Below are positions 37,574 to 47,799 of a stretch of DNA of 64,000 bases, piece by piece. Source of the DNA: Candidatus Krumholzibacteriota bacterium (lineage in GTDB: Bacteria > Krumholzibacteriota > Krumholzibacteriia > JAJRXK01); the NCBI GenBank assembly GCA_963764625.1, contig CAVXTH010000005.1, forward strand, positions 64,001 to 128,000, in the 5' to 3' direction. Numbering within the stretch: the stretch's first letter is position 1; every line of letters starts with the position of its first letter. Made by a program: the position numbers and the translations under genes. The notes beneath the pieces are model-generated. The model did not search any database. It was not told the DNA's origin and saw only the letters and a program-made list of their open reading frames with translations.

Positions 37574-38905
37574 CTAGAAGAGCTTCTGCACCGCGCTCAC
37601 CGCGCTCGGGAGCGCGAACACGAGGACCTTGTCACCGGGATCGATGACGTCACCCCCTCGAGGAATCACGATCTGATAGGGCTTGATGATGGCGCCGAGC
37701 AGAGCGTTGCGAGTGAACTCCAATTCGGAGATGGGAATTCCCGTCACCTTGGAAGTCTCGGTGGCCTGCAACTCCACGATCTCAGCTTCGTTTTCCTTGA
37801 GTGAAGTGAGGCTGAGCAGATTCCCGCGCCGGAAGTAGCGCATGATGGCGTCGGCCGTCGAGAGACGCGGAGAGACCGCCGCGTCGACTCCGATGGTGGA
37901 GAGAAGCGGTACGTAGTTCGGCTGACGGATGAGAGCAATCGTCTTATGCGCACCGTGAGTACGCGCGAGGAGACTCGCCATGAGATTCATGTCGTCGTCT
38001 TCGCTCAGGGCCACGAAGCCGTCCATCTCGGCCAATCCTTCGCTCTCGAGAAACTCGAGATCGGTGGGATCGCCCAGTAGCACCAGAGTGTTCTCCAGTT
38101 TCGTGCTGGCCCGGTGCGCGAGCTCGGAATTGCGCTCCAGCAATTTCACCGCGATCCCGTTCTCGCTGAGCATTCGCGCCAGACTCACTCCGATCGAATT
38201 GGCCCCCACGATCATCACGGCTTCGATCGGCGCGGTGGGCGGCGCCAGGTATTGTAGCGCCTCCTCGATCTTCCCCCGACGGCCCACGATGAACACCTGG
38301 TCGTCTTCCTGGAGGAGATCCTCCCCGCAGGGGATGATGGTCTTGCCCGAACGCGTGATGGAGGCGACGAGGGCCCACCGCGCGCCGAGTTCGCTCTCGA
38401 TTTCCACCAGGCTTTTGCCCTCGACGGCGGCACCCCTCCCCACTCGCGCGCCGATCACCTGCACCCGACCATCCGCGAACTCGTAGATGTCGGTGGCCGC
38501 TTTCTTCTGCAGCAACTCGTGGAGTGCGTTCACCGCTTCCCGGTCGGGATTGATGAGGTGGTTGATCTCTTCAAAGCAGGAAGATTCGCCGGTGTAGTAC
38601 TCTTCGTTTCGCACCCGCGCGACTTTGGTGGGCACCCCCAGCCGATGAGCCGTAAGGCAGGCCAGAATGTTGATCTCGTCCACGTCGGTGACCGCGATGA
38701 GAATGTCGGTCTTCTCGACTTCCGCCTCCTGGAGCATGGAAATCGTCGCGCCGTTGCCCTGGAGCACCAGCGCGTCGAGGTGCTGCTGTGCCTCGGCCAC
38801 GACCGCCTCGTTGGATTCGATGAGGGTAACGTCGTGATTCTCTCGGCTCAGACGTTCCGCGACGATCGAACCCACGGCTCCCGCCCCGACGATGATGATC
38901 TTCAT
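37574..38905 (-). CDS. trkA: Trk potassium uptake NAD-binding protein
   Basis: MKIIIVGAGAVG; duplicated RCK_N/RCK_C organisation; adjacent to trkH. Confidence 0.94.
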   Translation of the reverse strand: MKIIIVGAGAVGSIVAERLSRENHDVTLIESNEAVVAEAQQHLDALVLQGNGATISMLQEAEVEKTDILIAVTDVDEINILACLTAHRLGVPTKVARVRNEEYYTGESSCFEEINHLINPDREAVNALHELLQKKAATDIYEFADGRVQVIGARVGRGAAVEGKSLVEIESELGARWALVASITRSGKTIIPCGEDLLQEDDQVFIVGRRGKIEEALQYLAPPTAPIEAVMIVGANSIGVSLARMLSENGIAVKLLERNSELAHRASTKLENTLVLLGDPTDLEFLESEGLAEMDGFVALSEDDDMNLMASLLARTHGAHKTIALIRQPNYVPLLSTIGVDAAVSPRLSTADAIMRYFRRGNLLSLTSLKENEAEIVELQATETSKVTGIPISELEFTRNALLGAIIKPYQIVIPRGGDVIDPGDKVLVFALPSAVSAVQKLF

Positions 38906-38928
38906 CGCAAATCCTCCAGCCGCGGATT

Positions 38929-39951
38929 CTAGAGAGAGAGCCCGTTCAGGATGAATAGGGCGCGCTCGCAGTCTTCCTTGCTGACATCCAGGTGAGTGGT
39001 GAGGCGGATTCTGGCGGGGCCGAAGGCCACACCGAGCACGTCTTTCTCGGCCAGGGCCGCCAGCAGGCGCTCCGCCCCGATGGCCTCATCCACGTCGACG
39101 AGCACGATGTTGGTTTCGGGCAGGGCGGCAACTCGGATCCGTGGATGATCGAGACCTTCGGCGAGCATCCGCGCGTTTTCGTGATCCAGTTGGAGCCGGG
39201 AGAAATTGTGGTCGAGCGCGTAGAGACAAGCGGCGGCGAGAAGCCCCGATTGCCGCATTCCACCCCCGAAGCGTTTGCGCAGACGCCGGCCCCGATCGAT
39301 CTCCTCTTTGCTTCCGGCGAGGCACGATCCGACGGGTGCCCCAAGCCCCTTGGAGAAGCAGACGGAGACCGTGTCCACATTCTCACACCAGCGCGCGAGC
39401 GGGATCGATGTGGCCACCGAAGCATTGAACAGCCTGGCTCCGTCCAGGTGCAGCTTCAATCCCCGATCGTGACAGCCTTGTCCGACCTCATCGATGCACT
39501 GCAGCGGGACGATCGTGCCACCCTGTCGATTGTGAGTGTTCTCCAGGCAGACCAAGGAAGCTCTGGCTTTGTGAAGGTTGTCCGGTGCGATCGCTTTCTC
39601 GATATCGCTCCACGAGGGGGCTCCGCGCTGCGTGACCACCAGAGTCGGCCACAGGCCCGAGAGAGCGGCGGGAGCGCCCGCCTCGTAGTGGTAGATGTGA
39701 CTCTCGGCTTCCAGAATGATCTGATCGCCCGGACGGGTGTGGAGCCCGACTCCGATCTGATTGCTCATCGTGCCGCTGGGAACGTAGAGGGCCGCTTCCT
39801 TGCCCAGCTCCTTTGCGACCCTTTCCTGCAAGCGGTTGACGGTGGGGTCGTCTCCGTGGACGTCATCTCCGACTTCGGCTTCCGCGATGACGCGCCGCAT
39901 CGCGGAGCCGGGCCGCGTGATCGTGTCACTGCGTAGGTCGATGGTTTTCAT
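38929..39951 (-). CDS. ltaE: Low-specificity L-threonine aldolase
   Basis: IDLRSDT, SGTMSN, LENTHN, HLDGARLFNA, CFSKGLGAPVGS, GGGMRQ. Confidence 0.94.
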   Translation of the reverse strand: MKTIDLRSDTITRPGSAMRRVIAEAEVGDDVHGDDPTVNRLQERVAKELGKEAALYVPSGTMSNQIGVGLHTRPGDQIILEAESHIYHYEAGAPAALSGLWPTLVVTQRGAPSWSDIEKAIAPDNLHKARASLVCLENTHNRQGGTIVPLQCIDEVGQGCHDRGLKLHLDGARLFNASVATSIPLARWCENVDTVSVCFSKGLGAPVGSCLAGSKEEIDRGRRLRKRFGGGMRQSGLLAAACLYALDHNFSRLQLDHENARMLAEGLDHPRIRVAALPETNIVLVDVDEAIGAERLLAALAEKDVLGVAFGPARIRLTTHLDVSKEDCERALFILNGLSL

Positions 39952-39993
39952 TGCTTCGTGACGGATCTCGTCCGCGCAGCCAGGAGGAGCGGG

Positions 39994-40272
39994 CTAGGTC
40001 AGTGCGACCCGGTCCTTGAGCATCTTGCTCACTTTGAATACGGGCACGCGGCGCTCGGGCACCGGCACCGACTCACCGGTGCGAGGGTTTCTCGCCATGC
40101 GCGCCTTGCGCTGCTTCACCTTGAAGGTACCGAAGCCCCGGATCTCCAAGTGTTTGCCCTCGGCGAGAGCGGTGCCGACACTCTTGAGGAAGAGCTCCAC
40201 CGCCTCCGCCACCTCCTTCTTGGTCAACCCCGTCCGCAGTGCGATGTCCTCGACGATATCCTGTTTAGTCAT
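39994..40272 (-). CDS. HU/IHF family DNA-binding protein (IHF-beta-like)
   Basis: MTKQDIV, EIRGFGTF, ARNPRTGE.V.VP.RRVP.FK. Confidence 0.92.
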   Translation of the reverse strand: MTKQDIVEDIALRTGLTKKEVAEAVELFLKSVGTALAEGKHLEIRGFGTFKVKQRKARMARNPRTGESVPVPERRVPVFKVSKMLKDRVALT

Positions 40273-40356
40273 GGGAATACCCGTGGAGAGAAGTGCAAAT
40301 CGATCGGAAACACGTGTCTCCGGTGGCGTGAGCGAAGTCCCCACACCGCCCTTCAA

Positions 40357-40385
40357 GGGATACGCTTCATCTAACTCCTTGTCAA
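40357..40385 (-). promoter_or_regulatory. Sigma70-type promoter of the IHF/HU gene
   Basis: TTGACA-N17-TATCCC on the minus strand, 85 nt upstream of the ATG. Confidence 0.55.
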
Positions 40386-40595
40386 CAACCACTTTGTCCC
40401 CTCGGTCCGGACCGAAGCCGGCCGAAGCGCGGGAGGCGGCGGCGCGGCGCGCGTTCGCAAAATGACCGGGCCGTGGCGGTCCTGAGGGCAGCTTGGCGCG
40501 TGTTGGCCCAGAGGGGGCGGATGAGGCGCGCATCAATTCCTTCAGGGTCAAGGACTTACTCCCCCGACCCCGGAGGGCCGTCCCGGGCCTTCACC

Positions 40596-40611
40596 TGGCA
40601 TTTCCTTTGCT
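40596..40611 (+). promoter_or_regulatory. Sigma54 (-24/-12) promoter motif
   Basis: TGGCATTTCCTTTGCT: GG-N10-GC, close to TGGCACG-N4-TTGCW; upstream of the 40744 lipoprotein gene. Confidence 0.6.
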
Positions 40612-40743
40612 GTGGTGCCCAGCAGAAGCGCCACCTCCGCTGAGGGCTTCCCTCCCCGCGAAACGGGCCCGCGGACGGGCGCACCAGAATGAAGTCACAG
40701 TCCTGAGCCGGCATCCGAGTCTGGAATCCGAGGTCTCTACACG

Positions 40744-41178
40744 ATGGTCATCTCCCGACGAGCTTCCCTGATCCTTCTGGGTTTCTTCGCGGTTTCGGCG
40801 CTAATGTACTCGGGTTGTGGCAACGAAACAGCCGGCACCAGCCCCAAACTCGACACGAATCCTCCCGCAGTTCCGGTAGAGCTCACGGTCCAGGCACTTC
40901 CCGGCCAGGGCGTCAGCCTCAGCTGGGCGGCCAACACCGTCGACTCCGATCTCTCCGGTTACGTTGCATATCGCAGCGAATCACCCCATGGCGGGTTTTG
41001 CCCGCTCGCTTCCGGCCCAGTGAGCACCAATTCGCTGCTCGATCGGAGCGCAAGGCCCGGACACAGCTACTGGTACCAGGTCGCCGCACGCGATGTGAAT
41101 CGCAATGAAAGCGCCCGCAGCGCCAGCGCGAGTGTGACGATTTCGGCCGCAACCAAGCCGCAACTGGCCTCTCGCTGA
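40744..41178 (+). CDS. Small lipoprotein with a fibronectin type III-like domain
   Basis: Hydrophobic signal plus YSGC lipobox-like Cys; DTNPPAVP..L, LSW....DSDLSGY.AYRS, YWYQVAA.D..RNES FN3 pattern. Confidence 0.78.
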   Translation: MVISRRASLILLGFFAVSALMYSGCGNETAGTSPKLDTNPPAVPVELTVQALPGQGVSLSWAANTVDSDLSGYVAYRSESPHGGFCPLASGPVSTNSLLDRSARPGHSYWYQVAARDVNRNESARSASASVTISAATKPQLASR

Positions 41179-41329
41179 GACCCCGGCGCACCGGCGCTCA
41201 CGGTGGACTCTTGGGGCGAATTGCTGCCCGTTGGGGTGAATTGGTACGACTTTCGCTCTCCAGCGGTTGTCTGGGGTTCGCCGCGGATTCGTCCGCAAAA
41301 CGAGGCTACGAGCTCGCGTGGGGAGCACC

Positions 41330-44300
41330 ATGGATCGCAATCTCGAGAAAAATCTTCGCAAGATCCAAGGCTTGCGCGAAAAAGGGCAACTGGATAAGGC
41401 CCTCTCCCAGCTCGATTCTTGGGCCAAGAAGAACCCCGATACCCCGCACTATCAGTACGAGGCGGCCAACGTCGCCCTGGACCTGGGAGACCACGTCAGC
41501 GGCCTGCGCTGGCTCAAGAACCTCCTGCGAAGCGCTCCGGATAGCCGGGTGCGCGTTCTGGATGCGGTCAACGAACGCTTCCAGAACGAACCGATTCTCC
41601 CCTTGGGCGAATTCTTGATCGACCGTTACCTCTCTCGCGACGAGATCGAGCCGGCCCTCGCGGTGGTCACGCAACTGAGCGAAGAGGATCTCGAGCAATA
41701 CCGACAGAAGTTGAGGATCCGGCATTCGGGTCTGGCCTCTTCCTCGACTCCCGAGCTGCTCAAGTTCAGTCTCTACGCTCAGATCGCGGTCGCGCACGCC
41801 CAGAAGAATCCCGAGGAATTCGGAGCGCACGCCCAGGAGCTGCTCGCGGGTCAGATCGAGCAGGCCAAGACCCTTGCCGCTCTGTGCGAATCGGAGCTGA
41901 AGCTCCATACGCGTTGCACACCCCTGTTGGCTGCGGCCGGGCTCGCGCAGCTTCAGACCAAGCAGGTGGAGCGCGCCTGTCAACTCTTGAGCGCGGCAGC
42001 CGCACCGGAAACCGCGCCGGCGCTCCTGGAGAAGCTGCGGGACCAGCGCGTGCCCGAAGAACACCGCGGCACCTGGCTGCGAACCCTGGCCGAACTGGCT
42101 CTGGCGGCGCGCTCCTTTCAGGAGGCGACCGATTTCTTCCGCGAAGCGGCGGACGCCAACCCAAAATCGCGCGCGGACATTCTGGAACGACTGCAGAATC
42201 TCCCCCCTTCCCTCGACGCCGAAGCAGCCGCCCCGCTGTGGAAGCTGCAGCTGCGATTGCTCGTGGTGATGCGTAAATACGGTCCGGTGCCCAATCTGAT
42301 CGAAAAGCTGCGCACGGAGGCCAAGATCGACGCCGACGAGCTGCGCGCGATCATGGGCGAGGGGCAGGAGAACTCCGAGGCTCCGGCCGAGATGGCCTTC
42401 CTGCTCACCGAAGCCGCTCTGCAGGCCAAGGATCTGGCGGCAGCGGTCCAACACACCACGGAAATCCCGGATCGGGACGAACACGTCCTCCACAAGGTCA
42501 TTCGCGCCATCGAGCAGGTCTTGCCCGAGTGGACGAGTGAAAAGCGCCTGGAACTCTCCGCCCTGCAGGCGGTCATCTACGCGCGTCTGGGTCAGCAGCG
42601 AGGCGCCAACGAGACTCTGGCCGAGCTGTGGGAGAAGGAAGAGGACGCGAGCGCTCTCTTCGCAGTCACGAAGACCTGTCTGCAGAGAGTTCAGCCTTCG
42701 GCCCGTCTTCTCTCCGCCATGCTCAAGCCCTCGCTCGCCGCCGGTCAAACCGAGCTGCTGAGCGAAGCGCTCGACGGTCTGCTCCACTACAACCCCGAGG
42801 ATCTCAAATGGACCGCTGACGATATCGTGGCTCAACTGGACGAGATGCCCGAGTACAGCGCGGCCCTCCTTTCCATCTTGGACCAGGCGGACAGTGAACT
42901 GGGCGCCAACCAATTGCTGCGGTATCCGGTGGCGTGCGCGGCCCTCAGTTGCGGGAAGATCGCGCGAGCCGTCCCCGAGTTCCAGATTCTCCTCATGGCG
43001 CGTCCTCAGCTCGCCGAGGAAGTCCTGGAACGTCTGCGACGCGCTCTGCAGGACAACCCCGAAGACGCAGAACTCAACTTGGCTGCCTTTGATCTGCTCT
43101 GGGAAGCGCAAGAGCACGAAGAGGCGGAACAGTGCCTGGTGCGGGCCCTCCGGGCGGAACCCGAACGTATCCAGGAGCTCAGCGATCGCTTCGAGCAACT
43201 CCTCGTCGACGCGCCCGACTCCTCTGCGCTGTGGCTGGGCTATGGGGAAGCTCTGTACAGCATCGGCCGCTTCGCACAGCTCGATGAACTGGTGAAGCGA
43301 GCCCTCGCCTCGAAGATCGATTCCTCGAGTCTTTCCGATCTGCGTCTTCTGCAGGCGCGGGTGCTCGTGGACGAGGGACACGTGGACGACGCGGTAGCGC
43401 ACATCGAGCTTCTGCTGAACGAAGCGGAAGAGCCGCCGGAGCACGCGGTGGGAGTCTTGCAGGGATTACTCGAGAGCGATCCCGGCAACGCCCGGGCCCG
43501 CTACCTTCTGGGCCGCGCCGGCGACGCCGATCTCGACATTGCGGTTCCCGCGTTCTGTAAGGCGGCCGATCTGGACCGGAATCTGGTCAAGGATGTCGCG
43601 GCCCAGCTCGACGCGCTCTTGGCGCGTCCCGCGGCTACCGCGACCCACTTCCTTCTCGTCGCCAATTTTGATCGACGCCACCGTGATCCCCAAATCGCAT
43701 CCCGTGCCTACGAGCGCGCGCTGCGGCTCGACTCCAACACGGCGGACAAGGTGCTGGCCGATCTGAGCGGCGAACTCGAGAGCCCCTCGGCCACACTCGA
43801 GCTGCTCTACACCGCGGCCCACGCCGCGCGCCACGCGGGCAAGCTCGAACAAGCCTGCCAGATCCTCACGCGCCTCTACGGGCAGAACACGGCCGAGATC
43901 CGCCACGTACTGGCCGAGCTGCGCAAGGTCAGTCAGGAGTTTCCCGAGGAGCTGCTGCCGCAGAGAACCAGCGCGCGCATTCTTCTGGCCGACAAACAGG
44001 TGGAAGCCGCGGCCGAGCTCGTAGCATCACTGGCCACCAACCCCAACTATCCGGTGGAGCTGAGGCGCGCGATGCTGGAGGAGTTCCAGCAGAGAGTTCC
44101 CGCCCACTGGGGCCTGCTCATGGGCCTCGCGCAGTTCAGGGGACAGGACGGAGATCGCGACCAGGCGGCCGAGCTCCTGTGGAGCGCGTTGCAGCACGAA
44201 GATCTCGACATCGAAGCGGCCCTCGGCGTCACCCGCGCTCTTCTGATGGACGCTCCCGAGCAGGGCGAACTGCGTCTGATTCAACACGACCTCCTTCTGC

Positions 44301-45136
44301 GCAGCGGCCAGGTCGAGGCGGCCTACGAGGCGCTGCCCCAGCCGAGCGCGCTGCCCCGCGAACGTCAGAGCGAGCTCAACACTCGTCTCTCCGCCGCGAG
44401 CCGGCGTGGCTTCGGGCACATCAACTTCGTTTTGAGCCAGGCCGAGTCCTACCGGCAGGAGGGGCGCCGCGACGAGAGTCTGGCGCTCCTGCGTCAGGCC
44501 TACGAGAAAGCCGAGGGAGAGGACCGGGTTCGCCTGGGTTCGGAACTGGCGCGGAGCCTGAAGCACGTGGGCCGGCAGGACGAAGCCCAGGAAATTTTCC
44601 TGGGCCTGGTCGACGAGGGTCTGCAGTGGACGCAAGTCTACTCCCTAGTGGGGCGCTGGCGGGTGGAACGCCTCGAACAGGAGGGTCGCGCCCTTCGTCA
44701 GCGTATCGAAGAGAACCCAGACGACTATGAGGCGCGTCTGCAACTCGGGGCGATTCTCCTGCAGCGCGACAAAGTCGCCGAAGCGGCGGATCTCCTGAGC
44801 GAAACCCACGCCGAGGGAGAGCCCAGGCTCAGGCGAGCCTGTCTGTTGGCCGATGCCTACTTGCGGCTGGACCGTTGCACGCGAGCCGAAGCGGTCTTGC
44901 ACGCGGTAGCGGGGGAGACCGAGGACTTTTGGGCGGAGGAGATCGAGTGGCGGATGGCACAGTGCGCCCAGCGCATGGAACGCCATGCCGAATGTCATGC
45001 CCGCTACGAGAAACTTTTCGATAGCAAGCGATATGGTGAACGCGCCCGTGAGAGGGCCACGGAGGCCTACGGCCGCTATCTCAGCGACCTCGCCGGAGAG
45101 TATCGGGCAGTGCTCTCTCGGGTGAGCACACTTTAG
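41330..45136 (+). CDS. Large all-helical TPR-repeat protein
   Basis: About 1270 aa, Leu/Ala/Glu-rich with recurrent TPR-like motifs (e.g. DPGNARARYLLGR, NPDDYEARLQLG); GGGAG RBS before ATG 41330. Confidence 0.75.
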   Translation: MDRNLEKNLRKIQGLREKGQLDKALSQLDSWAKKNPDTPHYQYEAANVALDLGDHVSGLRWLKNLLRSAPDSRVRVLDAVNERFQNEPILPLGEFLIDRYLSRDEIEPALAVVTQLSEEDLEQYRQKLRIRHSGLASSSTPELLKFSLYAQIAVAHAQKNPEEFGAHAQELLAGQIEQAKTLAALCESELKLHTRCTPLLAAAGLAQLQTKQVERACQLLSAAAAPETAPALLEKLRDQRVPEEHRGTWLRTLAELALAARSFQEATDFFREAADANPKSRADILERLQNLPPSLDAEAAAPLWKLQLRLLVVMRKYGPVPNLIEKLRTEAKIDADELRAIMGEGQENSEAPAEMAFLLTEAALQAKDLAAAVQHTTEIPDRDEHVLHKVIRAIEQVLPEWTSEKRLELSALQAVIYARLGQQRGANETLAELWEKEEDASALFAVTKTCLQRVQPSARLLSAMLKPSLAAGQTELLSEALDGLLHYNPEDLKWTADDIVAQLDEMPEYSAALLSILDQADSELGANQLLRYPVACAALSCGKIARAVPEFQILLMARPQLAEEVLERLRRALQDNPEDAELNLAAFDLLWEAQEHEEAEQCLVRALRAEPERIQELSDRFEQLLVDAPDSSALWLGYGEALYSIGRFAQLDELVKRALASKIDSSSLSDLRLLQARVLVDEGHVDDAVAHIELLLNEAEEPPEHAVGVLQGLLESDPGNARARYLLGRAGDADLDIAVPAFCKAADLDRNLVKDVAAQLDALLARPAATATHFLLVANFDRRHRDPQIASRAYERALRLDSNTADKVLADLSGELESPSATLELLYTAAHAARHAGKLEQACQILTRLYGQNTAEIRHVLAELRKVSQEFPEELLPQRTSARILLADKQVEAAAELVASLATNPNYPVELRRAMLEEFQQRVPAHWGLLMGLAQFRGQDGDRDQAAELLWSALQHEDLDIEAALGVTRALLMDAPEQGELRLIQHDLLLRSGQVEAAYEALPQPSALPRERQSELNTRLSAASRRGFGHINFVLSQAESYRQEGRRDESLALLRQAYEKAEGEDRVRLGSELARSLKHVGRQDEAQEIFLGLVDEGLQWTQVYSLVGRWRVERLEQEGRALRQRIEENPDDYEARLQLGAILLQRDKVAEAADLLSETHAEGEPRLRRACLLADAYLRLDRCTRAEAVLHAVAGETEDFWAEEIEWRMAQCAQRMERHAECHARYEKLFDSKRYGERARERATEAYGRYLSDLAGEYRAVLSRVSTL

Positions 45137-45154
45137 TCGAAAGAGGAAGACGAC

Positions 45155-46678
45155 ATGTACGACGAGAGCCAAGACCAAACGACCACGGTGCAGGACGAAG
45201 ATCCGGGCGCGAAGATGGAGTCCCCCGGGACGGATCGCGTCGTCCTTCAAGCCCTGGAGGGGCTTGCCCACGCCACGGACCGCCTGGTGGACGAGGTGAA
45301 GGAGAGCTCTCGCACCCAGGACGCTTCCTGGCGCGGCAATCTCGCGGACGGGCTCGACGGAGTGGTGGACCAGGTGGAACACCGTCTCACCAAGGAGAGA
45401 AGTCAGCTGGAAGCCATCCTGCGCACGGCCATGGAGGAGATCCTCGAGGCCAAGATCCAGGAGCTGCGCGAGCTGAGCTCGGGCAAACCCGACAGCGGGG
45501 AGCTGGAGGAGACCATTTCACGTCGCGCGGAGCTGCTGGAGAACTCGCTGGCGGCGCGGCTCGCGGAAGTCCTACAGGAGACTCTGAGCAAGTACGGCGA
45601 GCTACGCAGCGAGAGCTCATCCGCTTCCTCGATCGAGGCGCACTCCGAGGAGACGCAAGAGCCGACCGCGGCGGCGGATCCCGGCGTCATCGTCGAGGCC
45701 GTCATCAGCCAGTTCGAAGAGAAGCTGAACCAGGCTCTCAAGGAACACGACGAGACGGTGGAGGATGCACTCGCCAACCGGGTGCAGGAGATCGTGGACG
45801 AGAGCTTGCGTAAGCGCTCCGAGTCCGATTCAGACGGGTACAAAGAGACTCTCAACACCTCTCTGGCGGAGCAGCAGGAAACCGCGGAGAAGATGTTGAA
45901 GGAACAGCTGCAGTCGCTGAAGGACTCGATGGAGCAATCCATTGCGGCCCTGAAGGACGAAGTTAAGTCCCAGGCCGAGGCCCTTCGCAAGGCCTTAGAG
46001 GACACCAGCGAACAGCGCACCCAAGAGCTGAGCCGCTGGCGCGACCAACAGAACGAACGCATCGCCCAGATCGAGAGCGAGACCAAGGAACTCAGCTCGA
46101 TGGGCGAACGGATCGAGAAGAGTCACGGAGAGATCTCGGATTTCTTCGAGGGTCAAAAAGAGCGAGCGAAGGTCGAGGAAGATCGCCAACGCAAAGAAGA
46201 GGCGCGGCGCCTCAACAACGCCGGCGTGAGTGCCTATCACGCCGGGGAATACGAGACTGCGAACGGACTCTTCGAGAAGGCCATCGATCGTGACTGCCGG
46301 TTCAGCCAGGCGTTCAACAACCTCGGGCTCACCCTGACCGAATTGAATCGCCACGATGAAGCGCAGGCCGCGTTCGAGTCCGCGCTCGAGCTCGATCCCG
46401 AGTTGGGAGCGACCTACAACAATCTGGGCTACGCGCTCTTCCTCCAGGAGAACTACGAGGCCGCCATCCAGATGTACAAGGAGGCGGTGGGCCGTCAGTG
46501 CGACGTGAGCGCGGCGTGGACGAATCTGGGCAACGCGCACCACAAGCTGGGAGAGACGGAGAAGGCGGTTCAGGCCTGGCAGCACGCGCTGGAAGCCGAT
46601 CCGGGCAACGAGCGCGCGCAGTCCTACCTGGAGCAGGTCACCGCGGGAATGAGTCAGACTCCTTCGAAGAAATCCTAG
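45155..46678 (+). CDS. Coiled-coil protein with C-terminal TPR repeats
   Basis: Acidic heptad-rich N-terminus; four canonical TPRs (AFNNLG, TYNNLG, AWTNLG). Confidence 0.82.
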   Translation: MYDESQDQTTTVQDEDPGAKMESPGTDRVVLQALEGLAHATDRLVDEVKESSRTQDASWRGNLADGLDGVVDQVEHRLTKERSQLEAILRTAMEEILEAKIQELRELSSGKPDSGELEETISRRAELLENSLAARLAEVLQETLSKYGELRSESSSASSIEAHSEETQEPTAAADPGVIVEAVISQFEEKLNQALKEHDETVEDALANRVQEIVDESLRKRSESDSDGYKETLNTSLAEQQETAEKMLKEQLQSLKDSMEQSIAALKDEVKSQAEALRKALEDTSEQRTQELSRWRDQQNERIAQIESETKELSSMGERIEKSHGEISDFFEGQKERAKVEEDRQRKEEARRLNNAGVSAYHAGEYETANGLFEKAIDRDCRFSQAFNNLGLTLTELNRHDEAQAAFESALELDPELGATYNNLGYALFLQENYEAAIQMYKEAVGRQCDVSAAWTNLGNAHHKLGETEKAVQAWQHALEADPGNERAQSYLEQVTAGMSQTPSKKS

Positions 46679-47795
46679 GGCTGTCCTTCACCCCTTCCCC
46701 GCGGGAGATCAACCGGCGCAGCTCGGTCAGGACGCGCTCCTGCGAGAGCCCCGCCATGGTGCCGTCCGGACTTTGCAGGGCCACCACGCTCTCGTTGGGC
46801 GGCTTCCAGCTTTCTGCCGGCGTGGGGCCGAAGAGCGCCACCGTGGGCGCCCCCACCGCCCCGGCCACGTGCATGATGCCGGTATCGTTCAACAAAGCCA
46901 ACTGAGAGGCGGCGAGAGCCGCCCCCACCGTGCGTACCGAAACCCCGCGCAGGACCGGCAGCTCCGCGTTCAGACCCGCTTGAAGCTCGCCGGTGGCCGT
47001 CCCGTCGGCCGGCCCCTCGACGCACCAGGGGGACCACCCTTCCTCGCGCAGACGCTCCACCACCGCCGCAAAGCGTTCGGGCGGCCAGCGGTTGGCCTGC
47101 TTGCCCGCGCCCGGATGGACCGCGAAATACGGGGGTTCGCCAACTTTGGCCAGAAACTCCGCGGCCCGGCGCCGGTTCTCCTCGGAGAGGACCAGAGTGG
47201 TGCTGCGGTCGTGCGTCTCGATCCCGATGCTCTTGAGCGGCATCAGTCCGTGATCGATCGCGTGCCCTTCCACTTCCTTGCTGCTGGGCATCTGCAGGTT
47301 GTAGAGCCACTGGCTGAAGGACCAGCCGAAGGGGCGACTGTCGCCTCCGATGATACGCCGTGCACCGCTCAACACCGCGATCCACGAGGAGGTGCCGCTG
47401 TAGGAGACACTGTTGAGAACGATCGCGAGCTCGGGGTCGAAGGCTCGCAGCGAGCGCACGAAACCCACCGCGTGCCGGGGAGACCGGCGCGCACGCACCT
47501 TGTCGAAGAGATAGACCCGCTCGAGATAGGGATTGCCGCGCACCACGCCGTCGTTCACTGGCGCCGTCACGATGGCCAGATGCGCGCCCTCGAAGGTCTC
47601 GGCGATCGCGCGGATCGCGGGCACGGCACAGAGCATGTCCCCCATTTGATTGTGCTGCCTGACGATCAGGATGCGACGCGGATTCTCCGCCCGAATCTGC
47701 TCCAGAGTCATCGCGAGCCGGTGAAAGAAGGGGCGCAGCAGCCACTCCAAGAGGCGCTTCAGCCAACGGTCTCTCCTGCGGCTCATGCGGCCCAT
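46638..47795 (-). CDS. Glycosyltransferase family 9 (ADP-heptose:LPS heptosyltransferase-like)
   Basis: ILIVR..QMGD, HPGAG..ANRWP, NDTGIMHVA.AVG.PTVALFGPT. Confidence 0.9.
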   Translation of the reverse strand: MGRMSRRRDRWLKRLLEWLLRPFFHRLAMTLEQIRAENPRRILIVRQHNQMGDMLCAVPAIRAIAETFEGAHLAIVTAPVNDGVVRGNPYLERVYLFDKVRARRSPRHAVGFVRSLRAFDPELAIVLNSVSYSGTSSWIAVLSGARRIIGGDSRPFGWSFSQWLYNLQMPSSKEVEGHAIDHGLMPLKSIGIETHDRSTTLVLSEENRRRAAEFLAKVGEPPYFAVHPGAGKQANRWPPERFAAVVERLREEGWSPWCVEGPADGTATGELQAGLNAELPVLRGVSVRTVGAALAASQLALLNDTGIMHVAGAVGAPTVALFGPTPAESWKPPNESVVALQSPDGTMAGLSQERVLTELRRLISRGEGVKDSPRISSKESDSFPR

Positions 47796-47799
47796 GCAC

